From positions 1 through 64,000 of the forward strand of contig JALMLS010000504.1 of NCBI GenBank assembly GCA_038496445.1: DNA of 64,000 nucleotides, given 5' to 3'. Origin of the DNA: Trichosphaerium sp. ATCC 40318 (taxonomy: Eukaryota; Protista; Tubulinea). This document shows, one piece after another, positions 12,020 through 24,961 of the stretch. Position 1 is the first letter of the stretch. Each line of letters begins with the position of its first letter. Both the position numbers and the translations under genes were made by a program. The notes under the pieces were generated by a model, which saw nothing but the letters and a program-made list of their open reading frames with translations, was not told where the DNA came from and did not search any database.

Positions 12020-13343
12020 TTATTGCGTTAAAGTAAAGAAGAAAAGACATACCAATAGTGATATCAAGATAAGTACACTACTTGTACGGTTAAGACAAGA
12101 ACTGCTCATGTCTTCAGAAGGCGCTATGCCCTGTGTAGGGCTTGATGGTTGGAGGGTCGCTGTAGGTATTTCACTGGTCATTGTCGGTACTACAGGCACT
12201 ATAGGCACTGCAGGTTGAACTGTTGATTCAAGCGGATGATCTCTTAACCAGTCAAGCATCACAGTTGTATGAGCGCTTGGCCACTTTACATGGTTCAAAA
12301 TTCCTTGTATAACACCGCAGGTGGCTTGGCACTCGCTCACTATAATTGATAAGCACAAAAAATCCACTAGAAGAAAGCAACTTACCTTCAACGTCATTTC
12401 CAGTTAAAATTATGAAACGATGCTCTGTTGTACCAACACGTGATTCTAAATTTGTATTCATCCATTCTTCTTGATCCTCGCATTTAACCAAATCGCAGTC
12501 TCTACCAATATGCAGTATAGGTATATCAGCACGTGGGTAATTATCAAGTGCACAATCATCATCTCCTGCAACAGGACCAAAAGGATCACTGCAACTATAC
12601 GAAGCAACAGAAGCAATCTTATTTCCTTTTGGTGTTGGATTAGCCCATCTCACAATACTATAAGCCTGAGAAGTATGACATCCATTACTAGACCCCATAC
12701 CGTATATACGAGAAGGGTTAACTTTTCCAGAATCAACAAGCCCATCGATTATTTCATCAACGAAAGAAAAGTCTTCGTTATTCTCCCAATCTCGCATTAT
12801 GAAGTTACCTTTTGTACCATCCTCTGAACTAGTTGAAGGCCAGTGTCTGTTAAGGTGTTGGAGCGATATAAAGACGAATCCTTCTGTTTCGTTGTCCATT
12901 TTGTAGTTGTCTGCGTTTTGGCGTAGGATTGGTCCTGTGGTGTATATTGTGTTTGCGTTTGAGCTAGAACCTCCCCAGAAGATAACTAACGGCAAATTTG
13001 TACCAGGAGGCTCAAAGCTACAGTATCGCCTCGTACGAGATCCTATAGTTATTTCACGCAGTGCGCCATCATTTCGAGCGTTTTGACCGGTTTGTGTTGT
13101 AGTTTCGCACGAAAACCCTGAAAACTGCTCCGTGGTTATATTAGTTAAAGGTGGATCTTGTTGGCTGTATGTCAGAGTCAATCTGGTACAAGGTATCTCA
13201 GTCGAGCAAAAAGGCACGTCACTGATGCCAGTTTCGCGTGTGCAAGTAATATTAGGGAATAAATCAGTAAATGTTGATGGTAAGCCATAAACGGCTACAA
13301 CAACTAAAACGACTACAATGAGCACTTGTCGTATTGTTCGCAT
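12020..13343 (-). CDS. Secreted, probably GPI-anchored alpha/beta-hydrolase (PHB depolymerase/LpqC/feruloyl-esterase-like), one intron near 12329-12384
   Basis: Signal peptide MRTIRQVLIVVVLVVVAVYG; LPLVIFWGG; VNPSRIYGMGSSNG (GxSxG nucleophile); PILHIG..CDLV; second exon LNHVKWP, P/T/S-rich stalk and hydrophobic C-terminus VLILISLLVCLFFF. Confidence 0.8.
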
Positions 13344-13444
13344 GAATAATAGGTATTATAATAGATCGCATTTTCTGTCGCCGAAAACCCAAAACAGCCG
13401 AAAGGAACAAAACACAAGAAACAAAATTACCTTCCCGGGAGAAT

Positions 13445-13724
13445 ACTGGTCATAGTCACTAAGTTATCTTACTCCCACCTGGTCTACTGTTGCTTGGCAC
13501 AAAACTGTTGCCGCCCTCGCAAGCAATCATAGGTCATAAATACCAATGACCTGAAATTGTCTGAAATATCACGTGATGTTAGTTCGTATGTTTTATTGTT
13601 ACCAAGCTGCAACATGTATTTTTTTCTGTGACAAATCAGATCTCTAACCCGCTCGAAGCAGTTAATGAGTGTACCCTTACCAAGGTTCACCAATGTGGTA
13701 CTAAAATTAGAACTATTTTTCAAT
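13445..13724. repeat. Interspersed ~280-bp repeat, copy A1 (direct repeat of 14934-15220)
   Basis: Shared blocks such as tttttctgtgacaaatcagatctctaacccgctcgaag..gttaatgag.gtacccttaccaaggttcaccaatgtggta and aatcataggtcata...taccaatgacctg. Confidence 0.85.
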
Positions 13725-13759
13725 CTTGCAGCCAGGGGAATAACAAAAATACTTACTAA

Positions 13760-13909
13760 TTTTTTCAAGCAAGAGGCGAGCGCCTTAGCCATACTTTATT
13801 CATAATAATAAATACAAGATAATTACATCGAAAAAAATGACCATCCCAGCTTGCCGATCAGGCTCCGAAATTTGTTCTCACACATTTTGTAGGGCCACGT
13901 GCCAGCGTC
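13760..13909 (-). repeat. Interspersed repeat module B, copy 1 (inverted relative to 34576-34712)
   Basis: caagaggcgagcgcc.tagcc..actttattcataataata and ccagcttgcc.gatcaggctccgaaatttgttctcac...gggccacgtgccagcgtc are the reverse complement of 34576-34700. Confidence 0.85.
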
Positions 13910-13929
13910 ATCAGTAATAGTTTAATCAT

Positions 13930-14880
13930 AATCATCTTCCCACTCAATAAATCCAATTGTATTTCAACTTGTTTTGATATTCTCTTTCACTTGTAGGAGC
14001 TAAATGCTTGGATAGAATAACTGTACCATCTCTGGCAAAGCCATCTATACCATGACCTACAACAAATGCAGGAGTATTGCGCTGTCTGCGCTTAAAGAGC
14101 CATTCTTCTGAACCCACAATAAGGAAACTTGAGAACCATCCAATCTTCTATCAATGGATATAACAGTGACATTATCAAACCATGATGGTTTATCAAAGGA
14201 TTCACCATCTAAATACCGACTAAGATAAATTTGCGTACCTGATGTCGTAGGAGGATACAAATAAGGATCTTCAGGCGTAGCAGGAGGTTGCTTTGTGCAC
14301 GGTTAGACAAAACAAAAGAAAAAAAGTTGCTTGGCATGTTGAATTCGTAAAATCAAACAACACGAACGAAAAGCAGAAAAAGAAATGAAGCTTGGGCGTT
14401 TTGCAGTCGGAGGTTAAATCACTCATATGTGCACTGCTCAGAGACAAAAAAAAATATGTTCAGAACGCGACTGAGTTTATATGGAACTGCCTTATTCGGC
14501 CTGTTTCTATGCTCTACACGTGTTACAAACCGTTTTTAAAAATGTCACGCTTAGTTTTTTTAGTTTGTGAGTCGTTATGAACTAAAGGAACATTTCTCTT
14601 TAGTACACTAAATCCATATAAATGTATTGTTACAAAGACGTACATCGACGTATGTTTATCAAAAAAATCGAAAGATTTATTTTTTCAAAAACAAAAACTA
14701 CATACTAAACCAAGGTGTAAACAAACTTAATGTATGCTTTATATACACACCAGAGAGCTCGTTGTTTTGTCTTCCCAATATTCTCCCTAGTCATAAAAAT
14801 AGGAACTACCCAACTATGAAGAAAAGAATCAAGTTGTGGAAGCAGAAGATCCAGATAATAATCAACATAGTTTGGTTCAA
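13930..14880 (-). pseudogene. Degraded unidentified protein-coding fragments
   Basis: Coding-like stretch EDPYLYPPTTSGTQIYLSRYLDGESFDKPSWFDNVTVISID (14057-14290) and GIDGFARDGTVILSKH, with stops and frameshifts between them. Confidence 0.3.
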
Positions 14881-14933
14881 TTAAAACAATCCATTTCGCT
14901 TAGATTGATTTCAAATAACAGAATTACTCACAT

Positions 14934-15220
14934 GCTGGTCACAATCACTAAGTTACCTAACTCCCTGGCTGAATGTGGCTTGGTACAAACTGTTGCCGCC
15001 CTATAATCATAGGTCATAGCTTTATGTAGATACCAATGACCTGTATTTTGTGAAACATCACGTGAAGTTTTTCGTTGTTTTTTTTTTATTTGTCCGGTTG
15101 GTTGGCAACATGAATTTTTTTCTGTGACAAATCAGATCTCTAACCCGCTCGAAGAAGTTAATGAGCGTACCCTTACCAAGGTTCACCAATGTGGTAATAA
15201 AATTAATAATATTTTTCAAT
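14934..15220. repeat. Interspersed ~280-bp repeat, copy A2
   Basis: Direct repeat of 13445-13724. Confidence 0.85.
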
Positions 15221-15413
15221 ATACCTTGTATGTTTAAGTGAACCTTGTATTGCATGATGCATACCCGACTATTTTTTTTTCGTTTCATACGCAACATAAG
15301 CTACTTTAATACTATTGTGAACATGTGCCATGTGATTCTAACTCACCTGTATGTACTTAAGTCACTTTCAAAAAAATACCGAATCTAAATTTCATTATTG
15401 TTACATCACCCAC

Positions 15414-17607
15414 ATGAAGACACTACTTCTTATATTTCTAAGCGCTTTCGTAGCTTCTACCGTATCACAGTCAGTACTATTGAGCATCTCAGACTCTCCA
15501 TTATGCTCGGTAAAACAAAGAAAATACAGTTAAAACTATAGGTAGGCTAACATGTAGTAGCCAAACACTGGAGCTGCGCTCCCACCTGTCGAACAAAATG
15601 AATGCTTATCTCTACTCGGTGGTTACTACAAACTCGCCTGCTATGCTGACAAGGTACAAATTCATTCAGTAGATAGTGGATTAGGTAAACTCGCGTTTAA
15701 TACTAGTTTCTTTAGACAATTACAAAGCGATATTCATCTTCCACATGCGCTGATGAACCCACTGTTATTACTGTACAATACAATACCTTCTGCATGTACG
15801 CTATTTTCAATGCTAGTTTCTTACTAACTTCTTCAACAAGTGATCACTTTGGTACTAATATTCGTGGTGTTTGCAACGGGAGTAAGACTTTTCTGACAAT
15901 ACATCATAAACAACATTAGAAACTAACTTTTTTTGTTTGCTAGATGTTGACACTGATCCGTTGATTGGTGTGTCAGCAGAGTATGAGAAAAAGCGTAGCA
16001 CAGAACAAACTTGTAGTTATGATTTCCTCCCAGCAGTACTCACTATAGCGTTCCAAACATCACCACAAGAAGTACGCAACACTATTGTGAAAAAAAAAAA
16101 CCTAATCAAAAAGCGTAGTGGCCAGCAAACTCTGCTTGTCCAGATACTGGTGGTCAAACTTGCTGTAAAGACGAAACTCTGGATATTATTAATGGCATTT
16201 ATTCTACAAATAGGTTTATTATGAGCTTCGCAGGTAATCACGAGAGTGGTCACTAATCTTCATCTTCTGACTGTTTTACTTTTTAGTTGACTTCATTGAT
16301 AAGGGTTTAACAAGCGTAAACACTGTTCTTGACAACTTCGTTGATAAGACTCAGGGTGCTACCGTGATTGAAATACCTGTTGTATCAGATATTGCTATTC
16401 CTGCGGATGTCCGTACATGTGCAGTTGGTACGTAACATAGACTCTTACAAGAATAGCGCTTATTGCCTTTCTTAGATTTTATTGCATCATACGCTAGTAG
16501 TTCAGTAGAGTTGTCTACAAGTGGATTGAAGTGTGTCGCTGGACTCTCAGCATTCGCTGTACGTTTTGATTTGTAGCTAGTCTTATACTTATACTTACTA
16601 AGGCTGGTGCTCTATGCTATGCATGTGATTCTAATCCTATAAGATTTTTCGAAGGAACGACATCCGAAAAGATTGTTTCTATTGCGACAGAAACTTGTAC
16701 AGATCTCGCAACATGCACGTGATTTTTATCAGTTAGCACTTTTATTTCTAAACCTGCTTCTAGTGTGCTTGCCTTGGCTCATTGACTTCCGTGATCTAGC
16801 TGTTAAGATTGGAGAATGTGGTCCTGCAATAATTGACTTTATTGATACCTTAAACATACCAGACACTATTAAGAACCTACTAAAATTAGACGAAATCAAA
16901 GAAGACCTAGAACCATTCGGTAAGAAGAAACTGCATTACTTTATCGTTAATTTCTTTACTCTAGTTGAGATTGCCCAATCTATTTGTCCTGATATCGACT
17001 CATGTAATACGTTTATTTGCGAAAAGATGGCTGGTTCTCTACTACCAAAGTTCCCTTTCTTTGAAGATAAAATCAGCGCTGCTTTGACAAACATTGGTAT
17101 TACAGATCCTTCTGCTGCAATCGATTTATTAACCAAGTTCTCCACTGGAGGTACAGAGTTTCGCCTAGCTTTTGTAGTTTTATTGACTTTGTACCAGGCT
17201 TTGATGCTTTCACTGTTGGACGTGGCTTCTCTGGTGAATTTGTTCCTCCGTTAAATCAACCTGCTCCTGAGCTTCCTGGTTTTGATGACCTTCCAACACG
17301 TGTTCCTGAGGTATCTCCAACTGATGCAGGAGTATCTCCAACTGATGCAGGAGTATCTCCAACTGATGCAGGAGTATCTCCAACTGATGCAGGAGTATCT
17401 CCAACTGATGCAGGAGTATCTCCAACTGATTCAGGAGTATCTCCAACTGATGCAGGAGTATCTCCAACTGATGCAGGAGTATCTCCAACTGATTCAGGAT
17501 CAGTTGCTCCTGATGCAGGATCAGTTGCTCCTGTTGCAGGATCAGTCTCATCAATTATGGTTTCAACACTTCTTCTCACCTCAACGCTAGTTCTATTGAT
17601 GTTGTAA
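15414..17607 (+). CDS. Cys-rich secreted/GPI-anchored surface protein with 7-aa tandem-repeat stalk, multi-exon
   Basis: Signal peptide MKTLLLIFLSAFVASTVSQS; many short Cys-containing exons; last exon PGFDDLPTRVPEVSPTDA(GVSPTDA)n...SIMVSTLLLTSTLVLLML*, TAA at 17605-17607. Confidence 0.75.
17309..17548 (+). repeat. 21-bp coding minisatellite (GVSPTDA, about 9 units, then GSVAPDA-type units)
   Basis: ggagtatctccaactgatgca repeated in tandem, followed by ggatcagttgctcctgatgca variants. Confidence 0.95.
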
Positions 17608-17879
17608 ACTTACAATACTATCCCACCACAATAAAAAATTGTCAACTAGCTTACGTAGACGTTTCCTTTGAGATAGGTCTTTGCATTGTTTATCAAGCCT
17701 TATCACAAAAACTCTAGACAATTCGTCAAAAATACAGTATTTTTGGCTTGTGGAGAATTTTGTATTGAACTTTGTAATGGCCTGTTAGTGCAGTTAGATG
17801 TATTTCTTTTACTCAGAAAAAGAATGACTTAGCTTCAAAATCAGAGTCGAATTGATTCTTGTTATCACTTTGTGCTTGT

Positions 17880-18125
17880 GATGGAGTGAAAGAGAAACTC
17901 ATTGTGAACTTCAGGATACCATCCTCAAAGTCAAATTGATTTGTGACATTACCCTTTTACAAGCGTTTCAAAGCCTTGTTTTAAACCACGGTTATACTCA
18001 ACGTCCATCTTGGCATTTCCATCAGGATAAAACTCCTTATAAATCCCACATTGTGAATCATCTTTAAAACATTCTGTTGATACTTCGCCATTATCTGGAT
18101 TTTACTTCTTGAAGACAGATTTTAG
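17880..18125 (-). pseudogene. MORN-variant repeat remnant
   Basis: Reverse strand reads KSVFKK*NPDNGEVSTECFKDDSQCGIYKEFYPDGNAKMDVEYNRGLKQGFE, with in-frame stops. Confidence 0.5.
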
Positions 18126-18307
18126 TTTCAATGTAATGCAACTAGTCATAATCATGTACCTTACATAAGATACCACCGTCATATAATCAATGGTGCGATT
18201 ACTATTCATAAACTTGGAAAATTCTCGCACGTGACTTTGAAAGAATAATTATAATAAGCTGTTCTTTAATTTGTGGTCCAAAACGCAACAGCAAAGAGTT
18301 TTCTGTG

Positions 18308-19140
18308 ATGTGTAGTATACAAGAATTACCTAATAAAAGGGTTTTTAAAGCCACTCAGGAGAACACAAGCACCAACAAGGCAAAAAAGGTACCGCTGTTG
18401 CTAAGCACGCATGCAAATGAATTAAATCATTGAAACAGAATAATGAAAATCCGCTCTGCCACATTCTGCATCTACCGTTGGAGGTACAGCTTGAAATTAT
18501 TGAAACAGACTTTGAAGTGTATTTAAAATGGCCTATATTATCAAAGTTTACCGCAACGACAACGAGGTTTGACTTTGAGATGAAGAAACATAGAAAATGG
18601 CTACAACTGAACATATACTCTTTTTCTAAATTTCAAGTGTTGCAAGAACAACATTACAAACATGGTAAGTACCATGGTGAGTATAAAAAATGGCTCAACA
18701 CAGGTCAACTATCTATTCAGTGCACTTATGTTAATGGTAAACGAGAAGGAGAGTACAAGGATTGGTGGGGGAACTCTCGATTACGTTCGAAGTGTACCTA
18801 TGTTAATGATAAATTGGAAGGAGAAATTACATTGTGGTATAACAGTGGCGAATTATGTGCCATTGCAAATTATGTAAAAGGAAATAGAGAAGGAGAATAC
18901 AAAGAATGGTATCGAAATGGTCATTTAAAAATGCATCATTATTATGGCCATTGCAGTGTATACGAAGGGGAGTTTAAAAAATGGTATGACAATGGCCAAC
19001 TTAAGGAGCATGGTTACTACGTTAATGGTCAACGAGAAGGGGATTATAGAAAATGGTTTAAAGGTGGTGAGTTGTGGGAGCTGTGCCGCTATGTAAAAGG
19101 TGTAATAACAAAGAAATGGTCCTTGTTTTCTAAACAATAA
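18308..19140 (+). CDS. F-box-like motif plus MORN-variant (MORN_2/YwqK-like) repeat protein; exons 18308-18388 and 18439-19140
   Basis: ILHLPLEVQLEIIETDF followed by repeats of the form GEYKxWYxNGQLxxxxxYVNGKRE; a GT..AG intron at 18389-18438 joins an upstream ATG exon in frame. Confidence 0.8.
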
Positions 19141-19703
19141 AACCTCTCAGCTGTTAGGCTACAAATTTGAACAGAGTAGAGCTGGGATTCTAGTGTAATA
19201 GAACAAGACACCTGCTTTTACCTAATACGCAGGTTTGGCAACATGTCCGACAGGTAGGCGCTTACAAATGAAGTATATTGGTGTTTAAACTAAAAATAGT
19301 ATTGAAGTTTCAGTTAATATCACGTGTCAAAAGTGGTGTCAAGGGAAAGTCCGTGTATTTGAATAACTACCCTATTGCCATTGTGCAGCAAATACAAGAG
19401 TTTCTTGCCCGGCGTTAGCTGTACGTTCACTGATAAGAAAACGTGAAAAAGTGCTGGAAGAGTGCACTCGTGAAAAATCTCTTCAATGAAAAAAAAACCG
19501 GCCGAAACCTTTGGGGTGGTAAAAGAGGTTATGTGGCGATATGTTGACATCAGTTATTTACGAAAACGACAAGATACATACCATTAATTATCAACGCCTT
19601 GAAATTTCCCTTTTTTTTTGATTTCTGAGGGAATTTCTCGTACATAGAAAACTACAAAAAAAAGTCGGCTTCAGTTTTTTGTTTTCCTCAAAAAAAAGTG
19701 TAC

Positions 19704-22700
19704 ATGACGCCTTGTTTGCGTTTCGGTGCATCCTATATTCTTTTACTATATGTGGTTGTTATAGAATGCCAATATTGTGCTTATTTAGGTACCTTATAAT
19801 ACCTTGAGACGTCTTTAATTTAGTTTAAGGCTATCAAACTACTGATGACTCTAATTGTTCATCTGATTGCTCAGAACGTTTAATAAATTGTTCATTGGGA
19901 AGTGGCACGTTGTTCGAAGGGATAAACACGTGTTCTGATGTTGATGAGAGAAATGTAACTAATCCGGATGATTTATTTGTTACAGCGTTTGGGCACGAAT
20001 TTTAATATTTCAGATTGTGATGCTTTGCAAGCCTTATAGCCATTTAGAGACGCTTCCTTTGTTACCATTAAAAGACGTGGTTTAATACTAGATAAATATA
20101 ACACTCAAGCGAGCAGTTTTGATTCTAGTACGAATGGGATAAGGTAGCTCAGCCTGTCTCTTTTTTTTAAAACCTTTTAACCTTTTTTTTGTAGCTGCGA
20201 TGATGCCGCTTTAACAACAAACTACGATGGCTCTTTTATCGTTTATGTGTGTACTAGTTCAGGCAGTGTTTTCATGTGTACAAAGGAACAACCGGACGTA
20301 CGGCAAAAGCCATTTTTGCGCTTTAATTGAATCACAAACTTTCTTTTAGGATTGTGTTGAAACAAGTTTTAATTTAACAAACACTTCACCGTCTGCACAC
20401 TTGAGTATTGCTCCAATAGATCAATTTACGTACCTTATTGCTATAGACGAGAGTTTATTAGTACGTTATTGGTAGTAATAAGTAAGCTGACCTCTCTTTC
20501 GCAGGTCTACAATTCGTCATCAAATACGTTCCAAGATGAAAACTTTGGAAACTTCAGTTTAATCAGAAATCCTAAAAATAACGGTAACTCGCAAACACAC
20601 TTCGACTTTTGGCAAAACTAAACTATATCCCTCAGACGTTATCTTATGTTCTACTGCTACACCAAGTGGTGGCATCTACAAGCGTAACTCAACCGGTGAT
20701 TACATATTTCTTGGCAACAGCGCTGAGCCTTGTACTTCAATGAACGTGAGTAGCTTCGAGCGAGATGAAAACTAACATCCATTATAGATTGCAGGAGATC
20801 TGTTATATATTGTTTATGCTAATGTACGCTTATTTTAAAAGTAGCTTTCTAGTACTGACAGTGTAATCTAGCAACGAGTATCGGTGTACAATATTTCGAA
20901 CGGTTTTGAACAGATAAAGGATAATACTGGAGCTAACCTACAATGGACTATTGCAGGGCCCTTAACCCCAAGTTTCTTTATTGTTACTAGTTGTCCGTTT
21001 ATATCACCTACAATTGCTCCCACGACCTCACCACCAACAAGTATAGCAACAACATTAGCACCACAAACCAGTGCTCCAACGCAGTTCTTTAGAGGTACAC
21101 ATTCTTTTTTTTTTTGGTATGTGTTGATTTTCTTGATTCTAGGGACGACTACATTCAAGCTAGAGTTTACAGTCACCAGAAGTTTAGACATAGACATGGA
21201 TATGAAAGATATGATAAACGATATCAACGATTTCTATAAGAGTCAGCCAACTCCGTTCCAGCCACGTAATTTTATCATAGGACAAGCACTTATTCAAACG
21301 AGTGGTGACTTTACCCCTATGAGTACTATGGGAGGAAATATGGGAGGGCCTATGGCTCCAATGTCCAAAAGGAATATAGAAATGACGATAAATACATACG
21401 AGTTATCTTTCAATATGACAGCTAATGACTTCCCAGGAGGCATGCAACTGATAACACTTTTAAAAAAGTTCTACCTTTTTTTTTTGCATTTTCTCTTTTT
21501 ACAACCAAAGTCCCATAACTAACTTCATCGGGTTTTTTTTTGCTTACGGTATTGGTACAGATTTTGAACAGGATCTATGTTGTAAATATGAAACGGACCC
21601 CACACTACTTATGAGTATAAGGGAGGATGATAAGTTACCTGATTTTACTGTTGTATCATGTACACGTGCGTACCTTTTTTCCATGAAATATACGATTCTC
21701 AATGCGCTTACACTAATAATACACCATAGCGTCATGTGAAGCACCAATTACCCCAGTAATGCCACAAAATCCGTCTTCGTCTAATGCAGCTCCCCAAACT
21801 CAATCTTCAAGTGCTCCTCTCATAGCCATTGGTGCAGCTCTTGGCATTATAATATTGATTATTGTGGTTGTAGCTATCCTGGTATTCTTCTTCGTTTATA
21901 AATCGGTACCAAGCTCGTGTCAACTGATTCTTTTCTGAATATATCATTTAGCGTAACAAGAAAAACGAAGTGACAGAAATGAATAATTATAAAGGTACAA
22001 ACATTTCTTTGCTACTCAAATGAATAACACAATTTTGACCTATTTTATCTTTCAGAAGCTGAGTCGATAGATACTCAAAGTGACGAGGAGATTACAACCC
22101 AAAATGGAAGTATTTCTAAAGAGGTTAAAGAAGGTACTTAAATACAACATTAACTTCACCACGTGGTGTTTTTAGGAATGAAAAAACGACTTTACTAACT
22201 TTAGACTCTATAGCAAAACCTTCAGGACAATACACGGCAATAGACGGTTCTTTCGCGGATCTCAAACCACAGTTAAATAATACAAACGTAACGAATAGAT
22301 TGAGAACAGTAAGGGCTGATGGTGGCGAGATAGAAGACTCTGAGAAAAAAAGCTCTAATGACAATCTAAAACAAAGTTGGATGCTTGATTATGACGAACT
22401 CAAAATTGGGAAAAAACTAGGAGCAGGCAGCTACGGCGTTGTGAGAAAAGGAACGTGGAGATTCAATGAAGTTGCTATCAAGTTCTGTTCAGATGTCGCT
22501 GCAGCAGACAGTTTTATTGCAGAAGCAAAGTTGATGGTTGAGCTCAGACCGCACAACAATGTAGTACAGGTAAAAGCTATTTGTGCTTTAGTCACGTGAA
22601 TTCTTCTTTTTTTCTTATCCTCCGGATCTTAAGCTTTGTACTTACTAAGTTCTATCTTCAAGGTTTTTGGCGTTAGTATCAAAGATGAAATGATGTACAT

Positions 22701-23536
22701 GCTTATCATGGAGTTTATGGCAGGTATGACAATTTCGGTTTAATACTACATTTTTTCCTTCTCATTTCTTTTATAAAGGTGGTTCTCTCGATGTACTTCT
22801 ATATGACCCAGAAGCGCTTATACCGTTGGAAAATAAGGAAAAAATAATCACCGGGATTGCTAAAGGGCTACACCACCTTCATGAGGAAGGTATCATACAC
22901 AGGCAAGTACCAAGAAAAAATACTTGTGTTCAAATGTAACAAATTAACAGGGATCTGGCAACAAGAAACGTTCTGTTAGACAATAACCAACTACCGAAGA
23001 TAAGCGACTTTGGTATGTCTAGGCTTATAGGCGTTGATGTTGAAGCCTACGGCAAAACAAAGAGTTCAGTAGGACCAGTAAGGTACAAATTAGTAAAAAA
23101 GAGCTGTAAAGTTGTATCAAACTATTTCTATGACAGCTATGTTGCATTGCTCACGATGTTTTTAGATGGATGGCCCCAGAAAATATGGTTAAAAAATACT
23201 CAATAAAATCCGATGTATGGTCATTTGGCTGTGTTCTGGTACGCATAACTCCGGTTGGAAATCAAATCATTGAACTTTTTTTTTTTTCACTTCAGTCGCA
23301 CTAACTTGGTTGTTACTTTCTAGTACGAAATATTTCATGAGCTAGAGCCTTGGTCAGAAGAAGATGACTTGTTGGCTATAGCAATTAACATAAGAGATAA
23401 TGCAGCAACACCTAAATTGGATCCTCACTTAGTTCCAAGTGAATACCAAGAATTAATGAAAAGATGTTGGTCAAAGTCACCAGCAGACAGACCATCTATG
23501 TCAGATATTTGTGTAGAACTTACTTCAAAAGAGTAG
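19704..23536 (+). CDS. Single-pass receptor tyrosine kinase-like protein (paralog 1), multi-exon
   Basis: N-terminal hydrophobic signal, Cys-containing ectodomain, P/T stalk, TM (IAIGAALGIIILIIVVVAILVFFFVY), kinase motifs LGAGSYGVV, VAIK, HRDLATRNVLL, SDFGMSR, GPVRWMAPE, SDVWSFG, CW..SP.DRP; TAG at 23534-23536. Confidence 0.9.
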
Positions 23537-23914
23537 AGCTGAAAACTTTAACAAGTGCAATGTAAACTAAACTAATAAAAACGCCTTGATTATGTTTTAT
23601 TTTCCATCCCAAGCAGCATTGATTTGCTATTCGTGGAGCATAAAGGAGATCAACCATTGCGAACTAAAAATGCGATATAATGCTATTCTTAAAACAAGTT
23701 GAGGTATAGTACTCCGCTCCTTAATGTCACTGTATCAACAGAAAGGTAGTTCCTATTAGGAAACAATGCCCAACTCTTATTCATTGAATACCCCTTTTTT
23801 TTAACGTTAATAATTCGCATTTACTAAACAATAACTGCCAGCGATATATGCGATATATCACGTCTTATATACCATAATTATATAGCTACAACATCAATTA
23901 CACCTCGTATAATA

Positions 23915-24747
23915 ATGTACCTACCTACTCTGCTCACAATATTGGCGCTATTCGTTCAATCAGCTCATTTACAAACACTTGTACATGAGTTTAACTTTAA
24001 CAACAATCTCAATGACGATGCAGGTAATGGGTATGTTAACAATATTCTTCAAACTGATATTAAGTATTTCCTAATCACGTGATAGCATTTTAACCATTGG
24101 CATACCCGAAAACTACACACAAGGGTGTCTCTTGCTACCTGGAGATGTTAACCCAAATTTAATATTAACCAATCCTGATGCTTCTATAATTAATGCTCCT
24201 TACGTTGTTGAAATGGAAGTTGATGTTGTTTTTCTCTTTGGAGGCTATGGAAGAATACTTGGATGGGATAAAACCGATGATGATGGCTTTTACTTTTTTG
24301 GACAAACGTTGGCATTCCTTCAAGGAGTTCCTGACCCTATTACTCCAGAAATCCAAAATAGCTCCTTTACAATCCTTTTCTCGTAAGTCTCATTGATTAA
24401 TTTTAAAACACGTGCTAATTACGTATTGCAGTTATGATCCTGTCACTAGAAATTGTACTTTTACGATAGCAGGTACTGATAGATACCGAGCATCTTTTAT
24501 AGAACAAGAGGGGCTTCCAACTATCAAAAATACAGTAAGGTTATTCTCAGATGACACCAATGAACAGTTTGAAGTATGTGTACATCGAATCGCCTTCTTT
24601 ACAGGCCCTCCTTCACCACCAACCCCGCCTCCAACGACGTCTCCGACAGTAGAACCCACCATAGGGCCTTCAAAAGCACCTACTTCTTCATCTTTTATCT
24701 CATTGCCTGGAATAGCTTTGATTGTAATGTTATTGTTGCTTGTTTGA
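23915..24747 (+). CDS. Small secreted/GPI-type protein, possibly concanavalin-A-like/LamG fold
   Basis: Signal peptide MYLPTLLTILALFVQSAHL; HEFNFNNNLNDDAGNG; P/T stalk PPSPPTPPPTTSPT; hydrophobic C-terminus; 3 exons. Confidence 0.65.
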
Positions 24748-24961
24748 TTGATAAAAGATACTGTAAATACATTAAACGGTTAACATGCTTCAGAATAACC
24801 AAAAATATCCAAGCAAAAATTCCCATAGCCATTGTGTAGTGTACATAATGAGTTTAACAGAAAGACCTTTAAACAAAAATGACCTGCGTTCCATCACTTA
24901 ACAATTAATTATCAATCAAAAGCTAAGTCACTAAAAAATTCACTCACAATACCACACGAAC

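Noticed and set aside
17210-17590. ORFs with (LLHQLEI)n or (MQEYLQL)n resembling coiled-coil or leucine-zipper proteins
   Set aside because: They are alternative frames and the antisense of the 21-bp GVSPTDA repeat in the surface-protein gene.
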